Of a DNA stretch of 64,000 nt, positions 1 through 8,910 are shown in pieces. The stretch is from Mayamaea pseudoterrestris (taxonomy: Eukaryota). The translations under genes were made by a program, and so were the position numbers. Each line of letters starts with the position of its first letter. The stretch's first letter is position 1. The notes below the pieces were generated by a model. That model saw only the letters and a program-made list of their open reading frames with translations. It was not told where the DNA came from and ran no database searches. The stretch spans positions 744,001 to 808,000 of the forward strand of contig BROI01000007.1 of NCBI GenBank assembly GCA_027923505.1, read 5' to 3'.

Positions 1-3
1 GTC

Positions 4-849
4 ATGACGGACATGAACGTATCCAAGCTTTATCATACGCCAAACGACGACTACATGCTGCCTGCGCTGCTAAACGGAGGCACGTGGGAGTGGGTGAACG
101 TTTGGCATGTTGGCGAGCATGCCAAATGGGTTTACGGATCGACAGTCCAACAAGTCATTGCCGAATTGCAACATGCGGAAACTTTGAACACTGCACTGAC
201 GCGTCACGACAATCCAGAAGTGTCACCAGCGACTCGACTATTGCGAGGCCGAAGATGGACACGTCGTCGAGTGCTTGTGGAATATCCCAACATGTGCCAC
301 GCTACCAAGGCATATTTGCACCAACTTGCGTCAAGCACGCAACGAGGCGCACATTGTCAAGAACTGTCGCAACAATTGACAAACACGCAAACGACGCTGT
401 CCGAGACGCGCGAGTGCTTGAAAATTGCGCGGGCGCAGCTGCACGAGTCGCGGCGATTGCTGCAGCATGTGGTGGTGAATCGCAGCGAAGCGCCGTCCGA
501 GCAACAGCAGGAGCAATTGGCTCACGAAACGGAACTGATTATTGAATTCTTAGCGCAAAGCAAGCTAGCGGTTGGAGCAATGACGGCCGAGGATCAAGTG
601 GGTGAAGGTCATGCGGATGATAGTAGCTTCAACGAAGCAACTGCGACAAGTGCAAAGCGACCACTTCGGGGTAGACAAACTCATGCATCACTCCCTGGAA
701 GCAGCCATCACAGTGAATCAGCGTCAGTTATACCCGCATCCTCAACCTCGTCCACGGGCTCGAGCGATCTATTTGATTGGAAGCGTCTCGGACGAGGTGC
801 TTTGATGGATCGCATCAAGTTGAGTCAAGTGCAACAACAGCAGCATTAA
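4..849 (+). CDS. Hypothetical protein with a coiled-coil region; possibly 5'-partial
   Basis: 281-aa ORF with protein-like composition, a Q/E/L-rich heptad segment and a Ser-rich tail; the frame is open to the window edge. Confidence 0.55.
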   Translation: MTDMNVSKLYHTPNDDYMLPALLNGGTWEWVNVWHVGEHAKWVYGSTVQQVIAELQHAETLNTALTRHDNPEVSPATRLLRGRRWTRRRVLVEYPNMCHATKAYLHQLASSTQRGAHCQELSQQLTNTQTTLSETRECLKIARAQLHESRRLLQHVVVNRSEAPSEQQQEQLAHETELIIEFLAQSKLAVGAMTAEDQVGEGHADDSSFNEATATSAKRPLRGRQTHASLPGSSHHSESASVIPASSTSSTGSSDLFDWKRLGRGALMDRIKLSQVQQQQH

Positions 850-1004
850 TAATGTAAATGATAAAATTGATAAGTTGATTAGCTAGCTTATTGGATGTCT
901 TATCTGAGAAATGGTAATGTTGACGCATGCTCGCATGCGAGCGACTGGTTCTCGATGGTATCGACGAGTTGAAATCGTAGTGCTGTGATTCATCGACAAC
1001 AACG

Positions 1005-2129
1005 TCATTGAAGGCCGTCCGTAAACGTTTGAATGGCACTCCATGTTTCACTTGACGATTCCCAAGGAAGCAACGACTTGCCAGGAAGTGTTTCAAGCTC
1101 CGCGAGACGCAGATTGGCAAGGTACGGCAATCGACCGTCTCTTCGTTGCGACGTGTCAGCTTGACCCTGCAGAATCAACGTTGGTTGCTGGAGAGTTTGC
1201 AGCTCCGTTTCTAGTGACTGCAAGCACAAGGCTCCAGCGTTGAAGACTTGCACCGGCGGCCTTGTTTCACGGCAAGCTTCCTGGAGCGTTTCGTCGAGCC
1301 ATTCGTCGTCGCATGGTTGTTCAAACAAAAAGGCGTTTGAAAAGACTTTGATCGCCCAGCGCGACTCCAGCACACCAAAGGCTAGAGTCCCAAACAAGGG
1401 TGACTTCAAAAAGCTGTAATTGAATTCAATGTCTTTGAGAGGGACTGGTGTCGTCAAATCCTTGTAGGTTGGGGGGCTAGCCAGAATGAGACTGGAGATT
1501 GTGCTGGGATTCTGGGCGGCGAGGGCGACTCCGATGGGAGCGAGTCCACCTTGCACTAGTAAATGACATGACTTGTAACCAGCTTGCCTGGCAGATGGTA
1601 GTATGACATTGTCTAGCAGTGTTTGACAAGCTTCGATCCAGACTTGTGGAACATTCTCCAAAGCTCCAGATGAAAACGCATTCCAATCGTCATATTCATT
1701 GACGCTTCCCAGTTTAGTGCCATCAACATATCCGCATCCTGGCAAGTTGATGGCGTAAATGTCTCGTTCTGAGTTTCTTTCTGCAGCTACTTGCGCCAGT
1801 CTCCTCCAGTACCAGCTCGCAAGGCCAACGCCGACGGGGTGTATGCAAAGCAGTGGTGGTCGTGACTGCTTCTTCGATAACGCACTAAAGAGTGGAAAGT
1901 TTGGCGTCCATGGCGGCAGAGGAGGAGACGAAAAAGATGCTTTTTGATGATGGTACGTAATGGGAAAGCTGATGGAGTCTCCATCGCGATTGTTCTTCCC
2001 TGTTAGATGTGATTTTTGGATCCGTTTCAGTTCCCATGCATGAGCTTCATGATGGGAAAGTCTCAACAAAAGTCCGAACAAGGCAAGCACCAGGCGTCGG
2101 CTTGGTCTCTCTGGATCAAATGCGATCAT
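1005..2129 (-). CDS. Alpha/beta-hydrolase fold protein with N-terminal signal peptide
   Basis: LLCIHPVGVG (oxyanion region), IYAINLPGCG, ISSLILASPP and PTLILQGQAD are typical Abhydrolase motifs; hydrophobic N-terminus. Confidence 0.8.
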   Translation of the reverse strand: MIAFDPERPSRRLVLALFGLLLRLSHHEAHAWELKRIQKSHLTGKNNRDGDSISFPITYHHQKASFSSPPLPPWTPNFPLFSALSKKQSRPPLLCIHPVGVGLASWYWRRLAQVAAERNSERDIYAINLPGCGYVDGTKLGSVNEYDDWNAFSSGALENVPQVWIEACQTLLDNVILPSARQAGYKSCHLLVQGGLAPIGVALAAQNPSTISSLILASPPTYKDLTTPVPLKDIEFNYSFLKSPLFGTLAFGVLESRWAIKVFSNAFLFEQPCDDEWLDETLQEACRETRPPVQVFNAGALCLQSLETELQTLQQPTLILQGQADTSQRRDGRLPYLANLRLAELETLPGKSLLPWESSSETWSAIQTFTDGLQ

Positions 2130-2482
2130 GTCTGTCCTAGTGCTCAGCTGAATAATGTGAGTAAGAGTTAGAGCTGTTACAGCTGCTGTGCATCATGATG
2201 AATCCAAAACGATCGTTCGATGCTTTTTAATGTCGCAGCGTTTTCCGCGGCTGTTTCCAACAACCGAACCTCTACCATTCTCAGCCGTACCGAGACACAC
2301 TTGAACGGACTCGCTCACCAAAGAAGTCACACCTCATTCACAGTCAAATATTTGGATGGTGAAAGTACAAGTGCACATGCAAAGGCGTCATTCACGACAT
2401 GACGAACAGGGCAGGCTAGTAAAGCTTGAACCGGCGCTGTAGATCTTTCTCAAGTCAGACTATCAATGCCACCGTACTTAAT

Positions 2483-5158
2483 ATGAGCTTGAAGAGCAGC
2501 ACCAACCTCATAGCTCGCCAGAGTCCAGGAGTTCACTCAGGATCAAATCACGATGTAAATATTCCTTCTCCAACAACCCGGCAACAACAGCGAGTATTAT
2601 CAAAATCATTACAATCCAAACTACCACGACCACCCCTCCATGCCCGCAGCATACGAAGCTATACGTTTCCTCTCGTTGCTTTGACTGCGACGTTTGCCTT
2701 CCTGCAGCATCACCTCGTCTACGATGACGCCTACACTAATTCGTCGTCGTCACTGCCGTTGACATCGAGTATGAGCCTGCAGGCTGCCAAGGAAACGAAA
2801 CGACACAATGCGCCATCCGACATTTTTGGACCATCCCCACCAGCGCAAGCTGCGGCAGAATCAACTGTCATGGATGAATTGCGACTGAAAAAGTTTGATT
2901 TTGGCGGCGGCCAAGGCGATCCCAAGCATCTCGGTGGCTTTGGTAGTTTTGACAAAACATCGACAAGTCCCGAAATGTGGAGTTGGATGATTCAATCGCT
3001 TGGCGTCAAGTCTGTCTTGGATGTTGGATGTGGACGAGGCTGGAGCACGTCTTGGTTTCTCTACCACGGCGTTGGCGCACTTTGCGTGGAAGGCTCGCAT
3101 GACGCCGTTTCACAGAATGCTGTTTCTAGTTCAAAACGTATCGTCGAACATGACTTTACGCTCGGTGCATGGTGGCCGAATCGAACTTATGATGTTGCTT
3201 GGGTGACCGAGTTTGTTCAGCAAGTATCTCTGCACCATTCATCAAACTACATACCCGCCCTGAGTAAGGCAGCTATGCTGTTTGTGTCGACTCCGCTCGA
3301 CACTGGTTGGCATCATGTTGAAATTCATTCGACGGATTGGTGGATTCAACGCTTTGAACGGTTTGGGTGGAAATATGATTCTGACCTAACGAAACGAGCT
3401 CGAGATAAAGCTTTAGTGGAAGCGTATCGAAAACCAGCACCGGACGGGAAAATGTATAATGCGGTGATTCTTGCGAGTACGCTGATGGTGTTCCACAATC
3501 CAGAGGTCGCGCGACTTCCGCAGCATGCGCACTTGTTTCCGGAACCAGGATGCTTCAAGTCAAAGACTGGCAACGGCTATAATGGTTCGTTAGTTTTGCG
3601 TGAGTGTGCAACGGCTGCGGGCGTTGGACTCGAAACCAAGCTCGACAAGTCTTTCGAGCCATTGGAGATTACTAGCACGAGTGATATGCGATGGAGCAAG
3701 CGAGTCCAAACGATTTTGACGTTACGGCGGCCACTCTTGCCGCGGAGCGAACAACAGCATTACACGACGGGTTTGAACGATGAGGAGGAGTATCTATTGT
3801 CTAGTGGAACAAAATACATTAAGTTCCCGCCTATTGACATGCAGCTCAACGCGTCTTCGCACGCGGTTGGCCGAATCGCGAAGGAGTGGAGTCAAAGTAG
3901 TGCTATTGCCAAATCATCATTTCCGAAAATTCCGGTTGTGCTCTGGCCATTCCTCGTATTTGGCCCGGGCAATGCCGAGAGTAAGCAAATTGAAATTGAT
4001 GGCGTCGAGCAGTCTCCACTGCTGACGTTATCGAACGACATGTTCGACTTTGACCCGAACGTTATTTGGGTGGGCGATATCGGCTTTGGGTATCCATGGG
4101 AGAAATGGTGCCAGAGGTACAATGAGCTAGTGGTGGAAGCCAAACAGAAGCGCGCTAAACTTGGGTTGCCTTTGCAATGGCCAATCTACATTCTCAATTT
4201 CAGCGACGGTCCATCCTTCCAGCGCTGCTTTGACGTCGAAGAATCGATAGGACCAGGCATGGTCAAGTACACAATACGCTCTATTGTCGAATCTCGAGAC
4301 TGGGACGAAGAAGCGCAGTGGGTTACGCGTGGGCAGGTCCTTGACTTGTCATCTAGAGGGAAAACGTTTCAGCACGCATCACTGATTGTTCGAACTGATA
4401 CAGTTGCCGCGCTCAACAAAGTTTTGATGGAACGGCAGCACAGTTTGTCGGCAAAAATCGAAAACATGAAAAGGGTTTACGATATTACCCACTTTTGGCC
4501 CACGAGTGTTGCCGGCAATGCTGGTGTCGGTGACGTTAAATCGTCGCTTCGAACCAAGGTTAGTCAGATCATTACCAAAATGGCAGCCGATCACAAGAAG
4601 TATAAAGTCAAAAACAAGCCATTGTCAATCTACGTCGGACTTGCAGGCAACCCATCGAGTGCGGGTCGAAAAGGTGTGGTCGACGACTACATTCTAACGT
4701 TGCTAAAGACCAAAATAATCATTGTGACCCAGCGGGATGCTTGGGAGGACCACTATCGCCTGTTCGAAAGCTTGATCTCGGGCGCCATGGTCCTTTGTGA
4801 CCGCATGCTATCGCTGCCCGAGGGGCTGAAGAATGGAACGCACTTGATTGAATTTGAAAGCGAGGCCGACTTGATTCAGAAGGCAATGTACTACCTGCAT
4901 CACGACAAGGAGCGACGAGAGATTGCGCATCGTGGACGTAGACTGTCCATGGCGCGACACCGAAGTTGGCATCGCATGGAGGAAATCATTTTTGGTCGGC
5001 CACTCACAGTTTGTCAAGAAACGGATCACTACGACTGTGCTTACATTGTTCATGCGAATGAAACAATGTTGACACCGACAACACATAATGCGTCGGTCAT
5101 TCACACGAAGAACAAAGCCGTTCTTACAAAAAAGGACAAAGCTGCAACACCAAAATAG
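2483..5158 (+). CDS. Type II membrane protein: SAM-dependent methyltransferase-like domain fused to a C-terminal glycosyltransferase (Glyco_trans_1_2-like) domain
   Basis: TM segment FPLVALTATFAFL; SAM motif I VLDVGCGRG; C-terminal EDHYRLFESLISGAMVLCD...YYLHHDKERREIAHRGR...RHRSWHRMEEI is typical of GT-B group 1_2; first ATG at 2483. Confidence 0.75.
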   Translation: MSLKSSTNLIARQSPGVHSGSNHDVNIPSPTTRQQQRVLSKSLQSKLPRPPLHARSIRSYTFPLVALTATFAFLQHHLVYDDAYTNSSSSLPLTSSMSLQAAKETKRHNAPSDIFGPSPPAQAAAESTVMDELRLKKFDFGGGQGDPKHLGGFGSFDKTSTSPEMWSWMIQSLGVKSVLDVGCGRGWSTSWFLYHGVGALCVEGSHDAVSQNAVSSSKRIVEHDFTLGAWWPNRTYDVAWVTEFVQQVSLHHSSNYIPALSKAAMLFVSTPLDTGWHHVEIHSTDWWIQRFERFGWKYDSDLTKRARDKALVEAYRKPAPDGKMYNAVILASTLMVFHNPEVARLPQHAHLFPEPGCFKSKTGNGYNGSLVLRECATAAGVGLETKLDKSFEPLEITSTSDMRWSKRVQTILTLRRPLLPRSEQQHYTTGLNDEEEYLLSSGTKYIKFPPIDMQLNASSHAVGRIAKEWSQSSAIAKSSFPKIPVVLWPFLVFGPGNAESKQIEIDGVEQSPLLTLSNDMFDFDPNVIWVGDIGFGYPWEKWCQRYNELVVEAKQKRAKLGLPLQWPIYILNFSDGPSFQRCFDVEESIGPGMVKYTIRSIVESRDWDEEAQWVTRGQVLDLSSRGKTFQHASLIVRTDTVAALNKVLMERQHSLSAKIENMKRVYDITHFWPTSVAGNAGVGDVKSSLRTKVSQIITKMAADHKKYKVKNKPLSIYVGLAGNPSSAGRKGVVDDYILTLLKTKIIIVTQRDAWEDHYRLFESLISGAMVLCDRMLSLPEGLKNGTHLIEFESEADLIQKAMYYLHHDKERREIAHRGRRLSMARHRSWHRMEEIIFGRPLTVCQETDHYDCAYIVHANETMLTPTTHNASVIHTKNKAVLTKKDKAATPK

Positions 5159-5489
5159 ATCTCGTCACAATTCAAGCTACATTTTCATGTTTAAATTTTG
5201 TTGATATCCTACAAAGGCTGATTGTACAAGTAGTAGCCTGCAGCTTTCCTACGGATAGCTAGGTCCAATCAAATAGAAATTGCGCACGCGAGCCAGTCAC
5301 GAATTTGTGTTCCCCTACCCGGCCGGCTCGCCGTTCAAAGAAAAACCGTCCGGGTGTGCACGATGACGACGATTCGAATTCGTGGCGCGCCAAATTGAAG
5401 AGCTCTTCCGTCACACTTGGCGTGAGAAAAAGTCGCGAGAGTTGATGGTTCCACTAAACCAAGACTTGTAGCAGCTGCAGCACTCCACC

Positions 5490-6899
5490 ATGCCTCCGCA
5501 ACACGCCATGGAAGCGTCCACGTCCTCGTCGTTTTACTCACCCGTTGCAAGCAGGATTCGCAATCGCATCGAGACGATTGTCTTTTCCTACTCGCCGCTC
5601 GTCAGTCCTATCAAGGCCCAGCGGCGGCTTTCGACCGATTCAGACACCTCTGTTACATCGACTAGCTCGAGCAGTCTGAGTACATCAATGGATGTTTCGT
5701 CTGGTAACGCTGACGGTGACTTAATTGGGCAGTTGCGTGAGAAGCACGGCGGAGCAAGCTCGCCGCTCCAATTTGAAGTTTCTCCGGCGTCGGCAACGAC
5801 TTTTGAAACATCTTTCACGTCATTATCAACTACAACAACTTTCTCATCATTCAATTCATTTATAAACTCATTCGACAAGTCTGTACTTCAGCTTTGCTTT
5901 GGAGCTGCCGGCGTCTACTCTTGCTACCTTGTCTACGGCCATATTCAGGAGGATATCTTTCGGTATCGCTCTCCAAATTCCAACGAATCCTTTCAAAGTG
6001 TTTGGTTTCTGCAAGTGCTCGAATGTTTGATCAATATATGTTTTGGTACAATCGGTCGAAAGATTTGTGGCGGAAGAACCCCCAAGTCATATCGACCATT
6101 CATGGTGAGCGGAGCCTCGCAAGTCTTTTCCAAAGTATTGACAAGCGCAAGTTTAGCGGCTGGCTTGTCCTTTCCAGTTTGCATTCTCGCCAAGTCGGCA
6201 AAGATGGTGCCCGTCATGATCGGACAGTTGTTACTGGGAGGTTCAAAATACACTACCAAGGATTATGCGTTTGCCGGTCTCGTGGTACTTGGAACAACTA
6301 TTCTTTCCATGAACAAGAGCACCAGCAAGGGCACGAATCAGTCGTTCACAACGCCGCTTGGACTCGTCTTTATCACTCTGAGTCTCGTGGCGGATGGGAT
6401 TACAGGTGGCCTGCAGAAGAGACTCAAGCATGAAATGGAGGCGCAACCACCAACGACGTTTGATTTTGTCTTGTTCACCAATATTGCAATGGGAATGGTG
6501 GCTCTTACTGTCGCAATCTTGATTGGAGACTTGTCCAAGGGCATATCTTTTCTATATGAGAACCCTGTATTGCAACAAATGGTGATGAGCGTTTGCTTGC
6601 TGAGCGCCATGGGACAATTCTTCATCTTTTACATTGTCGCGCAGTTTGATCCAATGGTTTGCGCGACCGTGACGACGACACGGAAAATTCTGTCCGTCGT
6701 TTGGAGCATTGCCACCAAGGGACATTCCGTTTCGGCATACGGCTATCTTGGACTAGCAGTTGCTGTTTCAGGCATGGTTGTTGGTCTGCAAGACAAGTTT
6801 CACGCAACGAAATCTAAAACGACCAGCAAGACAGGCAAGAAGGTCTACGGTAGTGACAATGGCAGTAGCAATAGCAGCAACGATGCATGCATATGTTGA
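5490..6899 (+). CDS. Nucleotide-sugar transporter, UAA family (SLC35B1/UDP-galactose transporter-like)
   Basis: YGHIQEDI, SFPVCILAKSAKMVPVM, DGITGGLQ, GQFFIF and TVTTTRK motifs; about 10 hydrophobic segments. Confidence 0.88.
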   Translation: MPPQHAMEASTSSSFYSPVASRIRNRIETIVFSYSPLVSPIKAQRRLSTDSDTSVTSTSSSSLSTSMDVSSGNADGDLIGQLREKHGGASSPLQFEVSPASATTFETSFTSLSTTTTFSSFNSFINSFDKSVLQLCFGAAGVYSCYLVYGHIQEDIFRYRSPNSNESFQSVWFLQVLECLINICFGTIGRKICGGRTPKSYRPFMVSGASQVFSKVLTSASLAAGLSFPVCILAKSAKMVPVMIGQLLLGGSKYTTKDYAFAGLVVLGTTILSMNKSTSKGTNQSFTTPLGLVFITLSLVADGITGGLQKRLKHEMEAQPPTTFDFVLFTNIAMGMVALTVAILIGDLSKGISFLYENPVLQQMVMSVCLLSAMGQFFIFYIVAQFDPMVCATVTTTRKILSVVWSIATKGHSVSAYGYLGLAVAVSGMVVGLQDKFHATKSKTTSKTGKKVYGSDNGSSNSSNDACIC

Positions 6900-7470
6900 A
6901 CTTTAACAAATTTACGAGGTTAAACCACACATTGCTATCTGCACCTACTGGTAGCTGCACACAAAACCATAGCCATGGTGATGCTTTACAATAGAAACAA
7001 AGGTAGCTTCGTTATTTGCTATGCTTTATATAGAAATGACTTCATTGGAAGAGCCACGATACGGTAGTGTTGAAAGTCCACAGTACCGAAATGCACCAAC
7101 CGCTACCAGTCCCTACCCGCGCTTGGCAGTTGATGCATTTTCGCCATGCCAAAAGCCATCAGGCTTGTCCGTCTCATAGCGGGCACCCTTTAAAGGCCGA
7201 TTTACTACGGCAATCAGGGAAGAAAGGAGATTTCCTCCATTAACGCAGGACAATGAGCAGTCGATTGCTCGCCCATACGGCACGTAGTTTTAGTCGCTCC
7301 GGGACTCATTTAAATTCCAACGGCACACACATTTGCGTTGAACGCGATCAACGCTGAATTTTTCTTTCCCTTACAACTTTGAGACAGCGAGAACAGTCAA
7401 AGCCTTCCAACGTACCGTAAAGCATAAGGGTGGTAGCTTGACAGATTATCTGATATTGATTTTATCGACA

Positions 7471-8820
7471 ATGTTTCGTCGCAAGCTGCAGCTGCAGCAT
7501 CAGACCATTCTCTTCTGCGTCGTGTCGTTTTTCCTAGGAGTTTCATATCATGCCGGGCTTCTCGAATTAGAACAGATATCCAAGAGAGTTTTGCAGCAAG
7601 ATGCAAAGAATACGTCGCTGAATCACGTCATGCTGAACCATACTTACTTGTTGAATGATCCAACGATTCCATTGTCTCCGCATGTTCCTCGGGTATACCT
7701 CGACAAGCGTCACACGCCGCCATATAAGCTGATCTTATCCGACTACGGATGGAACCATCCTGATATAACCAAAGGGCTACAATATCCGAGGTCATTGCGG
7801 ATGAGGGAACTGCTGCAGGGAATTGTCGATCATTCTCATTTCGATCCGACCATTCACTGGAGTGATGTCGTATCTGTAAAGCAATCGCTTGATCCAAACA
7901 TTCGATACTACATTTTCTTTGACGTTGAGCTTTGCTTCATGAGCAACTATCCAAGGTATGGAACCCAAGGTGATATGTTTTACAATAATGCCGACTTGGC
8001 TGGAGGGCGGACCTACAAGACGCTTGCAAAGAACGAGTGTTTCAACATTAAGAATTGTCACTACATTCCAACAGCTCTCGAGACGGTCCACAAGTATCCA
8101 AACGCTCTGCTGGTTGCACCAGAGTGTCGTGGATGGGGGCCGTCGCCGGGCTACAGGGCGACTGTCTCGTCCAAGCAGTTGGCGCTCGTATCATCGTCCT
8201 CGCATCGCGATCAGTTGCACCTGGACATTGATCAAGGCCTTCCGCCACCATGCTTGAACGCCGTTCAGCTGACACCCACCCAAATCGATGCAGTCAAGTC
8301 ATGCAGTGATGATGAGGAGCGACCTTACTTGGTCAGCTTTGTGGGTTCATACCGACCGAACAGTCCTCGCAACGAGCTATTTCAACTTAACAATAATCAT
8401 GACGTACTCATGCTTCCCAAGGCGGACTTTCAGAGAAACAGCAAATGGACCAACATGACGTATCATGATATTCTTGTCAAGAGCAAGTTTGCCGCAGCGC
8501 CTCGAGGCGACAATTTGTTTTCGTTTCGATTCACCGAAGTCTTGTCGGCTGGAGCCATTCCTGTCGTGCACTCGGATGGGTGGGTCATGCCACTGCGGCC
8601 GGAGCTTGTCAACTGGAGTGAGTCATGTGCCATTATCATTCCAGAGGCACAAATGAACGAGACGGAACGAATTTTACGGGCCATTGGAGATGACGAAAGA
8701 TGTAGACGCCAGAGAAACTGCTTCGACCTCTTTGAAAAGTACTTTGCCACACCGAGTGGTACAATACGTGGAGTGATAGAAGGACTGGAGCTAAAATTTG
8801 CCCGAGAAGCGATTGCGTAA
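7471..8820 (+). CDS. Exostosin family glycosyltransferase (GT47)
   Basis: N-terminal TM; SKFAAAPRGDNLFSFRFTEVLSAGAIPVV is the exostosin signature; first ATG at 7471. Confidence 0.88.
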   Translation: MFRRKLQLQHQTILFCVVSFFLGVSYHAGLLELEQISKRVLQQDAKNTSLNHVMLNHTYLLNDPTIPLSPHVPRVYLDKRHTPPYKLILSDYGWNHPDITKGLQYPRSLRMRELLQGIVDHSHFDPTIHWSDVVSVKQSLDPNIRYYIFFDVELCFMSNYPRYGTQGDMFYNNADLAGGRTYKTLAKNECFNIKNCHYIPTALETVHKYPNALLVAPECRGWGPSPGYRATVSSKQLALVSSSSHRDQLHLDIDQGLPPPCLNAVQLTPTQIDAVKSCSDDEERPYLVSFVGSYRPNSPRNELFQLNNNHDVLMLPKADFQRNSKWTNMTYHDILVKSKFAAAPRGDNLFSFRFTEVLSAGAIPVVHSDGWVMPLRPELVNWSESCAIIIPEAQMNETERILRAIGDDERCRRQRNCFDLFEKYFATPSGTIRGVIEGLELKFAREAIA

Positions 8821-8910
8821 ACTATGGTTTAGGCTGCTAGTGCATAATATCAGTCATTGACTTATAGTTAGCCAAACACAAGTTGCCTACAACTTTTTTC
8901 GCTTGAATCG

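Noticed and set aside
1005..2129. Alpha/beta-hydrolase as the kynurenine formamidase partner of the TDO-PLP fusion
   Set aside because: 58 kb away, lacks the HGG and GxSxG motifs, and carries a signal peptide.
6900..7430. Intergenic region examined for a structured ncRNA or tRNA
   Set aside because: No cloverleaf, Sm site or snoRNA box arrangement that I can support.
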